Below are positions 6,213 to 15,200 of a stretch of 19,316 nt of DNA, piece after piece. Within the stretch, counting starts at the first letter, position 1. The number at the start of each line of letters is the position of its first letter. The notes beneath the pieces were generated by a model that worked only from the letters and a program-made list of their open reading frames with translations, had not been told where the DNA came from and searched no databases. A program made the translations under genes and the position numbers. The DNA is from Candidatus Dadabacteria bacterium (GTDB taxonomy: Bacteria; Desulfobacterota_D; UBA1144; Nemesobacterales; CSP1-2): NCBI GenBank assembly GCA_040289575.1, contig PSLL01000006.1, forward strand, positions 94,438-113,753, in the 5' to 3' direction.

Positions 6213-8093
6213 TTAGATATAATCTAAAAAGTCCCTAAGGGATAGAGATTCTGCTTTCTTTCTAGCCCTGTATATGAATATGCCAACAGAGAGATTTCTA
6301 AGATACGCAAACAGCCACCCCCAAATAAATCCCCAAAGAAAACTATAACCCACTCCGATAAAGGCCCCCTTCACAGTTACCGTATATCCTATAAAATATT
6401 GCCCCAAAAGTTGCAGATTCGGACCCAATACCTCACTGTTTCTTATAATCAACCAGAGTGTTGATATAAAAATGGCTAAGCCACAAACCGATCCGACGGC
6501 AATAGCAAAGGCCAATTTGTCCATCCTGGCAAAAGCCTGTATAATGGCTTCATCGGGATCACACCGTCGAGATTTCACCAGACTTCGCTCAGGAACACGT
6601 GGCTGTATAGAGACAAGAGAATCAAATTCATTGCGTCTTGTTCTCTTATCCTCCCTTATCTCTTCATGATATTCCTGATCGGCATTTACCTGCCAGAGAT
6701 CATAATTCGCGCCCAAAATGTTTTTAACTGCCAACATCGCCGTCAGCATTGAGTGATCCTGATTGTTGTACTTATGCATACCATTTCGGCCCACAAGCTG
6801 AAGGTTATATATAGGGCTAATAAACTCGCTTATAACCTTGAGTGAATCACGATATGTAGAATCATAGACGGGATAAGCCTTTGGCATTCTTACAACAGTT
6901 CCATCCTCAACATCGGAGGCATGAGCCAATCCTAATATCTCCAATTCCCTTTTTCCAAGCTCAATTAGCTCCCTGTCCGACATCGTCCACAGTCCATCCC
7001 CTTCAAAGCAGAAATACTCAAGCCCTAAGCATGTCTTGTTTTGGTCTGGAACCATATATGGACTCCAGTTCTTGAAATTCTGAATCCTGCCCACCTTCAC
7101 GTCTGGGTCGTGTATATAAATCCAGTTATCAGGAAACACCCCCGTATTGTTAACAACGAGGACCACTGTAAGAAAATCCCTGTAATTAAGGTTCATCGCC
7201 GCCCGGAACACCTCCTCCGGTACAGGAGGGTCGAATTTTTGGATTAACTCCCTGATTGGCATAGTACTGATAAAATGGGTTCCTTTAACTAGTTCTCTTC
7301 CTCCATTGGTTTTTATCTCCACCGCATCTACCTTTCGGTCTTTACAGATAATTCTTTCGACCTCGGCTCCTATGCGGATTTCACCGTTACTGCCTTTTAT
7401 TATATTAGCCACCCTCTCCCACATCATTCCCGGCCCCAACTTAGGGTAGTAAAAGGAATCAATAAGGGTTTTGATAACACCACCTTTATCACGAGAATTT
7501 TGTCCCTTCAATAGGGCATTTCTAATAGCGGTTAAAAGGGAAAGTCCTTTAATTCTCTGCGCCGCCCATTCAGCCATGATTTCACTACACTTTATTCCCC
7601 AAACCTTTTCCGTATAAGTCTTAAAGAAGATCTTGTAAAGGTGTTCTCCGAAACGATTTGAGACCCACTCTTCAAATGTTTCTTCCGGCCTTTTTGGAAA
7701 AAGTTGGGCATTAATGTAGCTAAAGAGGATAATAAGGCTATTCCAAATCCCTAAACCGAGTATGGCATTGGAGACGCGGAGCGGATAATAAAAGAATCTC
7801 TTGTTATAGTATATTCGCGACAGGCGATCGCGCTTGATAAAATCATCACCCAGTACCTCGTGCCACATATCCTCCACAGCCTTAACCTTTGTAAAAAAGC
7901 GGTGTCCGCCTATATCAAAATAGTAGTCCTTATAATTAACCGTCCTTGCAAGTCCACCGACAATATTATCCTTCTCGATGACAACAGACTTGACCCCCGC
8001 CTTGCACAATTCATAGGCGGCTGTAAGACCGGCGGGACCCGCACCTATTATTACTACTCTCTTGCTATCAGGTGTTTCAATAAACTCTTGCAT
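6213..8093 (-). CDS. NAD(P)/FAD-dependent oxidoreductase (PRK07208 / COG1232 protoporphyrinogen-oxidase- and UDP-galactopyranose-mutase-like fold) fused to a C-terminal membrane domain
   Basis: VVIIGAGPAGLTAAYEL Rossmann motif, VGGLART, FDIGGHRFF, FFKTYTEKVWG, WAAQRIKGLSL, FPDNWIY, GRNGMHKYNNQDHSMLTAM. The last ~115 aa are hydrophobic. Confidence 0.9.
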   Translation of the reverse strand: MQEFIETPDSKRVVIIGAGPAGLTAAYELCKAGVKSVVIEKDNIVGGLARTVNYKDYYFDIGGHRFFTKVKAVEDMWHEVLGDDFIKRDRLSRIYYNKRFFYYPLRVSNAILGLGIWNSLIILFSYINAQLFPKRPEETFEEWVSNRFGEHLYKIFFKTYTEKVWGIKCSEIMAEWAAQRIKGLSLLTAIRNALLKGQNSRDKGGVIKTLIDSFYYPKLGPGMMWERVANIIKGSNGEIRIGAEVERIICKDRKVDAVEIKTNGGRELVKGTHFISTMPIRELIQKFDPPVPEEVFRAAMNLNYRDFLTVVLVVNNTGVFPDNWIYIHDPDVKVGRIQNFKNWSPYMVPDQNKTCLGLEYFCFEGDGLWTMSDRELIELGKRELEILGLAHASDVEDGTVVRMPKAYPVYDSTYRDSLKVISEFISPIYNLQLVGRNGMHKYNNQDHSMLTAMLAVKNILGANYDLWQVNADQEYHEEIREDKRTRRNEFDSLVSIQPRVPERSLVKSRRCDPDEAIIQAFARMDKLAFAIAVGSVCGLAIFISTLWLIIRNSEVLGPNLQLLGQYFIGYTVTVKGAFIGVGYSFLWGFIWGWLFAYLRNLSVGIFIYRARKKAESLSLRDFLDYI

Positions 8094-8248
8094 TATTGAG
8101 GTGACATAGCCCTATAACGCTCAGAGGGTTTTTAAGGAGCATTACACTTGTATGATAAAGGTGAGTTTAGTTTTACAAGAATCGGTAGATGTTATAGATT
8201 GCCAATTAGGGATGTCTGTATATAGTTTCCACATCTCACTTACAGATA

Positions 8249-8277
8249 ATTAGAAAACATTAATTCCCAAAAGTCAA
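8249..8277 (-). promoter_or_regulatory. Possible sigma70-type promoter for the left cluster: TTGACT-17 nt-TCTAAT
   Basis: -35 at 8277-8272 and -10 at 8254-8249 in the AT-rich 290 bp intergenic region. The -10 has a mismatch at the important second position. Confidence 0.3.
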
Positions 8278-8383
8278 CCCGACTTATGTCATATTTTCAA
8301 GATGAAAAAAGTATTAATCGAGAATATATGTAGGACTTTGGGATTAATACCTTGCCAAACCTCTCCCTAATCCAAATTATAGA

Positions 8384-10477
8384 CTATCTGACCTCAAACT
8401 TTACAGAGTCAACAATACAGTTTTTCTTATCTACAAGCGATAGTATATATTTGCCTTTTCTCGGTTGCCATGGGATTCTCGCAGAAGTGCCTACCGTTTG
8501 ATTGTTTAAAACCCATCTGAAATCAATATCAGAATTCTGGGCCTCAGCCTCAAAAAAGAGCATCTGCCGATCTTCGGGGATGTCCGGGTCCAGAGCAACT
8601 ATAGTCCCGGTCGGCGGGTATGTAATATGGATATTTCTGTGATCCGTATTTAGCTCTATTGAACCCGGCTCTGTGCCCTGTATAAACCACTCGATTCTTC
8701 CAGGCTCTATATGATGCTCAAATTCAATCCTCTTTGACATCACCCCTTTGGGTGGTTGTGGGGGAATACTGGTGCTGTTACGATGGAGATAGTTCATTAT
8801 ATCAAGCCATAGAGGGGCGGCTCCTGTTATGCCGGTGACATTCCACATCGGCTCGCCAGTGAAATTCCCAACCCAAACACCTACAGTATAACTCTGTGAA
8901 TACCCAATGCACCAGTTATCTCTCATGTCCTTGCTCGTTCCGGTTTTAGCTGCGGTCCAGGATCGCGTGGATATTGGATTTTCAAATCCGAATGTAATGC
9001 TCCTTGCCCCCCTGTCCGAAAGGATATTTGAAATTATGAATGCGGCTTCGGCTTTCATAACCCGTTCTGGCACATTCCTCTTATTAAAAGTCAATCTCGG
9101 CTCGCTACACACCCCGCCATTGGCCAGTGTTCTGTATGCGTTTACAAGCTCATAGAGGCTTATATCGGCAGAGCCGAGTGCAAGCGAGAAACCATAGTAG
9201 TCCCCAGATTCATCAACGTTTTCAAATCCCAGTTCTCTTAGTCTCGTAACAAAAGGCTCCTCCCCAACCAGCATCAGAGTTCTTACGGCGGGAACATTGA
9301 GAGATGATGAAAGGGCAGTTCTGACACTCACAAGGCCCCTGAATTCATTATCATAGTCCCGCGGTATATAAAGCCCGGCGGGAGTCGGTATGTCTAGCGG
9401 GGAATCGTCTATTACGGATGCCGCTGTAATCAGGCGCCTTTCAATCGCAAGTTCATATAAAAAAGGCTTGAGTGTCGAGCCTGCCTGCCTTCTCGCTCTA
9501 ATTCCATCTACATATCTCACACTAGAAGACGCCCCGCTATTTGCAACGTAGGCGAGTATGTCCCCGGTTTTATTGTCCATAACGAGGATTGCCCCATCGT
9601 GGACGTTTTGATTTTTCAGGAGGCTGAGTTGGTATTTCAAGGCCTCGGTTGCAAACCTCTGGAGCTTTCCATCAATGGTTGAAACGACCTTTTCACCCTC
9701 CCTTTTCAATAACTCTCGTGCAACGTGAGGCGCAAGTGCAATGTGGGGCTTTATGTAATAGGGGCCTGAGAGTTTTTGAGCAATGCTCTTTATGTCTTCA
9801 CACCGGGTTTGTGATTTAAGGGAGTCTCCAAGGGTGCATGCCCTCCTTATTACATCGCCAACTTGAGCATTTGGCGAGCGAATTAAGGAGGCAAGTACAA
9901 GAGATTCCGACTCATCGAGTCCGCTTGGCTCTTTATCAAAAATCCCTCTCGAGACAGACGATATGCCTTGAAGCTCTCCTCTAAATGTCGTCAGATTGAG
10001 ATACGCCTCAATTATCTCATCCTTAGACCAAATTTTTTCAATCTCCCATGCGGCTTTTATCTGCCCCCATTTTTGGCTAAGAGTTCTTTTTGCATCCCTT
10101 GGCTTTAACCCCTTATCGAGAATTGACACAAGCTGCATTGTTATTGTGCTCGCACCCCTATCGCCCTTCGATAGGAGTCTATCAAAGACGGCGGCTATTA
10201 CTGCCCTCCAGTCAACGCCGTGGTGCTCATAAAATCTCCTATCCTCCGAATGAATAACGGCCCTGATTAAAGACGGAGATATATCTTTGAGACTTACCCA
10301 ATCGAGCCTTCTCCCCTTTTCATCAACCCTGAGTTCGTGTATAACCTCTCCATGACGATCCAGAAGAACCGCGTCGGATTTCTTATAAGAGTTTTTAACC
10401 TCATCAAACGTGGGCAGGGCATGGGCGTGGGTTGTGAAGAGAAAGGAGGTTATTAGGATGAATAATAAAAACTTCAT
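8384..10477 (-). CDS. pbpC: Penicillin-binding protein 1C
   Basis: N-terminal hydrophobic segment; transglycosylase motifs EDRRFYEHHGVD and GASTITMQL; transpeptidase motifs GSTLKPF (SxxK), SLNVPA (SxN), AAKTGTS; PBP1C-type C-terminal domain (ITYPPTG...WVLN...WQPRKG...VKFEVR). Linked to an alpha-2-macroglobulin gene. Confidence 0.95.
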   Translation of the reverse strand: MKFLLFILITSFLFTTHAHALPTFDEVKNSYKKSDAVLLDRHGEVIHELRVDEKGRRLDWVSLKDISPSLIRAVIHSEDRRFYEHHGVDWRAVIAAVFDRLLSKGDRGASTITMQLVSILDKGLKPRDAKRTLSQKWGQIKAAWEIEKIWSKDEIIEAYLNLTTFRGELQGISSVSRGIFDKEPSGLDESESLVLASLIRSPNAQVGDVIRRACTLGDSLKSQTRCEDIKSIAQKLSGPYYIKPHIALAPHVARELLKREGEKVVSTIDGKLQRFATEALKYQLSLLKNQNVHDGAILVMDNKTGDILAYVANSGASSSVRYVDGIRARRQAGSTLKPFLYELAIERRLITAASVIDDSPLDIPTPAGLYIPRDYDNEFRGLVSVRTALSSSLNVPAVRTLMLVGEEPFVTRLRELGFENVDESGDYYGFSLALGSADISLYELVNAYRTLANGGVCSEPRLTFNKRNVPERVMKAEAAFIISNILSDRGARSITFGFENPISTRSWTAAKTGTSKDMRDNWCIGYSQSYTVGVWVGNFTGEPMWNVTGITGAAPLWLDIMNYLHRNSTSIPPQPPKGVMSKRIEFEHHIEPGRIEWFIQGTEPGSIELNTDHRNIHITYPPTGTIVALDPDIPEDRQMLFFEAEAQNSDIDFRWVLNNQTVGTSARIPWQPRKGKYILSLVDKKNCIVDSVKFEVR

Positions 10478-10508
10478 GAGATAAATCTGACCACCTTTTT
10501 ATAACTTT

Positions 10509-11298
10509 TTATAAAATGACTGTTTTCTTACATGTGTTACCCATGTTCGGTAGTTTTATAGAAAAGGGGTGTCTGTCTTTAACCTTTTGGATAGCTTCAA
10601 ATAAACTGGGAAGACTGCAAATTACCTGCCGTGCTGCCGGATAGGGAGTTGTTAACACTAGCCGCTCTTCTGACTCGAAAATTTCTATTGCCTTTAATTT
10701 CCCACCGGGGAATGAATGTATGGATGGGCTGTTTAGTCCTAAACGATAGGTTACCCACCATGCCGGATCAGATCCCTGAGTAATTATTAGGTTGGGTTCT
10801 AGGCATCTGATTTCTTCGAGAAGATGGTTAGAACAATTACTTCGCATTTGGGGTGTGGATGAGCTCCACATATGGCCACATTTTACACTGTTTGTTAAGG
10901 CAAACTGATTAGCAAATTTAGAAGGGTCTTTTGTATCTTCCCTAACTAATTCCTTCATAATGAGATGAGCCCCACACATGTGAGGGTTTGAGGGGTTTAT
11001 AACATTTTCGCGCCAAACTCTTTGGTAATCTTCAAAACGTTGCTCCTCTGAATATTCTTCTCCTTCTCCCCTGTCCATAGCAACAAACATTATTTTTATC
11101 TTTTTGCCTGATATGCAAGCCTCACCATAGTCCACTCCAATATATGGCCAATCACCTGTGCGGTCTGGAACAGCTCTTCTGTTCACAGCTATAATAGTTA
11201 CATTTAAACTCCCTTTTGAATGTTGGAGTTATTCCCAGAGCGTTATATAAATTTATTATGGATTTTCTGTAATTTGTCATTTGCAAATCAATATCCAT
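10509..11298 (-). pseudogene. Uracil-DNA glycosylase superfamily protein, probably split by a +1 frameshift near the 5' end
   Basis: ORF 11186-10509 has WPYIGVDY, IMFVAMD, FALTNSVKC, NCSNHLLEEIRCLEPNLIITQG, TPYPAAR (UDG-fold motifs). A 48-codon ORF 11298-11152 (MDIDLQMTNYRKSIINLYNALGITPTFKREFKCNYYSCEQKSCSRPHR) follows a GGGAGGAG RBS and overlaps it in another frame. Confidence 0.62.
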
Positions 11299-11359
11299 AG
11301 TTAATTTGGTTTCTCCTCCCTGCTCCCATTATCTAACAAAGATGAAACTTTTTGCAATA

Positions 11360-11421
11360 GTGTGTGATTTATTGAATCAATATTTAGTTCAAATGAGCAA
11401 TTGATGTTTGCAATCACACAC
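11360..11421. repeat. Inverted repeat / imperfect hairpin between the PIN toxin and the UDG-like gene
   Basis: GTGTGTGATT (11360-11369) pairs with AATCACACAC (11412-11421); inner ATCAAT (11376-11381) pairs with ATTGAT (11400-11405). Confidence 0.55.
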
Positions 11422-11467
11422 GACCTTGTTACCTAAACAATCACTATAACTCTCATTTTTACTACAT

Positions 11468-11881
11468 TTAACCCTCGGTGTTTATAACCTTCAGAAAATC
11501 GGCAACACTTAGGATGGCTATTCCCTGATACTCTCGTAGAGCCAAAAGGTCAAAGTCACCCGTCACGATGTACTTTGCATTACCATCTAGTGCGCACTCG
11601 ATCACCCGGTTATCATCCTCGTCCCGACAAACACTGACTTTGCTTATTGGTAAGATGACGTCTGAAATAACACGAACGGATGAGACTATGCGGTCCGCTT
11701 CCGATGCTGTCAAATGAAATGGCTTATCCTCCCCAGTAAGTATATCTTTCAACTCACTCAAAAGAACCTCAGAGGTGACTGAAGTTATTTCCCCGCGGCG
11801 TGCTTTATTGAGAAGAATCTTAGGCTTACCAGACCAGAAGATTCCTGAGATTAAAGCGTTGGTGTCAATCACTACCCTCAT
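11468..11881 (-). CDS. PIN-domain (PIN_3, VapC-like) toxin of a type II toxin-antitoxin system
   Basis: MRVVIDTNALISG, LLSELKDIL, CRDEDDNRVIECAL, IVTGDFDLL acidic PIN motifs. ATGA overlap with the upstream small gene. Confidence 0.92.
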   Translation of the reverse strand: MRVVIDTNALISGIFWSGKPKILLNKARRGEITSVTSEVLLSELKDILTGEDKPFHLTASEADRIVSSVRVISDVILPISKVSVCRDEDDNRVIECALDGNAKYIVTGDFDLLALREYQGIAILSVADFLKVINTEG

Positions 11882-12117
11882 CTACTGGCGCTCCTATGCG
11901 CCTTCACAATCTGTGCCACATCCTCCTCAGTCAGGTGGTTAAAGCCCCTTTTTTTTGCCAGGTTAACAGCCCATTCATCAAACTCAATCCATTTTATTAC
12001 CGAGTCCTTAGATTCAACAAACTCGATAAAGTCAACCACTTCTTGCTTTTTCTCAGGTGATAGCCTTCGAAAAATATTGAGAATCTTGTTCTCTAAGCTC
12101 TTTTCTGCCTTCCCCAT
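11878..12117 (-). CDS. Putative antitoxin (DUF2281-like)
   Basis: LSPEKKQEVVDFIEFVESK (DUF2281-like) and AKKRG..LTEEDVAQIV tail. Sits directly upstream of and overlaps the PIN gene. ATG at 12117 follows AGGAGG; the ORF-track TTG start is 12147. Confidence 0.75.
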   Translation of the reverse strand: MGKAEKSLENKILNIFRRLSPEKKQEVVDFIEFVESKDSVIKWIEFDEWAVNLAKKRGFNHLTEEDVAQIVKAHRSASR

Positions 12118-12201
12118 GTGCTTAAATTGCCTCCTATTGCTACTCAAAGCTTATCCGATTTGCCAAGGATTTCAAAGGCTTCTTATCCACCCGAATAATA
12201 C

Positions 12202-15200
12202 CTAAGGCTCAACGGTTATCTTATCATTCGGCCTCTCTCCCAACATCTCAGGGGAATAGAGAGCCTCGACCCTTGTTGGAGGCATATTAAACACCCCCTC
12301 GTTATTGAGCCTGATAGTGTATTCAACAGTCCATTTTCCTTTCGGCACATATTCATAATATGACCTGAATGCCTCAAATGTGCGCTCCTCAAATGCAGGC
12401 CATACCCACCCTTTCCTCTTTTCGCCGCTTGTTAAAAGCTCCGAGTCTCTTCCAAGCCCGGTCCCTAGAATAGTTGACCCCGCGGGTATTGGATCGTTTA
12501 CAACAACCCATGTCATATCGGATCGCGACTCAATTTCAAGCTGAATCCTGACCACATCTCCCCTGCTCCATTTTCCCCGTAATTTTTGTTCTATAGATAT
12601 TAGAGTTTTTTTAATCGTATATCCGCTTGAGAAGGGTTCTTTAAGCGGAATTGAGGCAAGGCTCTGCACGGTAGCCCAGGGTTTCCCCTTGCCATTATGT
12701 GTGATGGTCAATTTCTCTTTTGCCTCCGGCCAATTAAACATAAAGCCTTCTCCATCGGGGGATTTAGTCCAATCAACAGTCTCTACCCTTTTGCCCAATT
12801 CGGAAATCGTAGAGCCTGTCATGGGAACGGATTCAAATTTTTGTGAGAATCTCTCCATTGCGATCATCCCCCATGCGTTTGCAACCGTCGTATCCCAATG
12901 CCCCTGATTTAGCCTTCCTATCACGCCCCTTGCCATTCTAGGAATGTCCTCTTTCCAGCTCTCAAATGAAATCAGAGTTAATAGACCCTTTACAGCATTC
13001 TCATCGTCTGAGACCATAAGCCACCAGAAGTAATCCGTCCTCTCGGTTGAAAAACCAATTACAGTCCCCTGAAGATTGAGCCGCGACCTTATTATCTGCT
13101 CCGCCTCTTTGAGTTTTCTATCGCGATTCGGAATGCCTTTAATCCTCAAAAGCACATTTATCCAATCTATCACGGCTGATGTGGGCCATACATTAGGCTC
13201 TACAGAGATGGAACTCAATAGGTTCATATTGCCCCTTCCATTGCGTAAAAGCGCATCCAGCGCAGCCATCTTCCTTATTGAAAGGTCGGCGGTAGGCAAA
13301 GACGAATATCTGATGACTCTTCCTTCAATGAATCCCATCAGCCCGTCCATCATCCGGTTTTTTATATCGAATGGAATCTCATATTTAGACTCATTGGAGA
13401 TTGAGAGAATATAAGAGGTTAGTACATCGCTCCCTGAGTCCATTTTTGGAAAGTATTTTACAAGCCCGTCCGAATCAAGATATGAGGGCATCTCAGACAT
13501 AATCTTTTTCCACAACGCTTCATCCCTTAGCGCAATAGCCTTTGAAACCTTCTGCTCCATACATATATACGGATAACGCTCCATATACCACCTAACCCCG
13601 CCCAATCCGTTTGAGAGTTTAGGTCTGATTGAGATATTAATCCTGCCTTTACCTGAAATCGAATCCTCGGGTTTTTTAATGTCAACACTGAAGCTCTTGT
13701 CAATTTGCGTGAGGGTGGACTGAAAAACCCTTATAGGAATTGATTCAATCAGCTTCTCCGTAACCCTGATATTATCCTCCGCCCCGCCGTCTTTATCCCT
13801 CGCCATGACCTCGTATATCATTTTATCGGCGCCATACGGGGCTGTAATCTCCCATCCGATCTCCTTTGCTTCACCCGGCTGCAGAGGCTCATTAATTGCC
13901 GGAAGCCCTTTAATACCCATAATGTTTCCCCTGACCTCTACATCCATCTTGCGGTCCGATGCATTTCTAACCGTAAATCCGGCTTTAAACCTGTCCCCCT
14001 CTCTCACAATCGGCGGAATCCCCGAGAGAACCATCAAGTCCTGTGTTGTCCTTACACTCGTCTCCCCTGTGCCGAATAGTCCTAGGCTTCCGTTTGTAAT
14101 CGCCACAATTCTAAACCCCGTCAGTGAATCATTAAGAGGAATCTCCACATAGGCCTCGCCTTTTTCATTTAATGGCACGCGCGCCCTCCAGAATAGGAGC
14201 GTGTCAAACAACTCACGTGTTATATGCCTTCCACCACCTCCTCCCTGAGGCAATGCCTTCAGTCCATAATGTCTCTTTCCCACCACCTGCATCTGGGCGG
14301 TGGATGTTCTAATCTCATATCCCCTCCTTCCCATCATCGCGTCAAGGAGTTTCCAGCTATCGTTGGGCGAGAGTTCAAGAAGCCCCTCATCAACCGCTGC
14401 AACTGCCACCTCACTCCCCTTTGGCAGAATCCCTCCAAAGGCTGTTTTTACCTCTATCTTAACTTTTATCTTCTCCCTTATTTTATAGACGCTTTTATCC
14501 GTAGAGACCTTTACCTTTAACTCATGTGCCCTCCATCCAATGTTGATCTCCGCGATTCCAAGCTTGTAAGCGGGCTTTCCAAGATCAACCAATGCCGTAG
14601 GCTGAATGCCTCCGACTCTGCCCCGCACAACAAGGACCGAAACAAAAACATTTGGCGCATAATTTTCCTTGACCGGAATCTCTATTACAGGCTCTTTTCC
14701 TGAGAGCTTCTTAATTGATGCCTCTATTATGCCCTCGCGCTCAATGGTTATAAGCGCATTAGCCTCCCTAAACGGCATCCTCACCTGAAACTTCGCCGTC
14801 TCTCCTGGCTCATATCTCCTTTTCTCAGGCAGAATGTCAATCCTATCGTTGTCAGAGGCATTGAACCACCACTCACCCTCCCCTGAAATCCAAACATCTC
14901 TGTTAGCAAAAGAAATGTTTCCTGCATCGTCTACAGCTCTGGCTTGAAGAATAACATTTCCTGAAACGGGCGATTTTGATGCACAGATTAAAAGACCCTT
15001 CCCATCCGTCTTTCCTTCACATATAGAGCCAAGCCGTTTTATCTCTATTACATTTTCATAGGAATAGAACCCTCCCACGAGCCTTTTTCTATGTGAGTAG
15101 TACTTTCTCTCAAGAATGTCTACACCTACAGACCTGTTCGGAACGGGCTTGCCCTGCATATCAAGAACGACTACCTGGAATCTAAATGAATCCCTCGACG

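Noticed and set aside
10480..11440. Integron gene cassette carrying the UDG-like gene
   Set aside because: There is no integrase and no RYYYAAC/attC after the gene. The upstream hairpin has asymmetric spacing (2 versus 18 nt) and a non-consensus R'' box.
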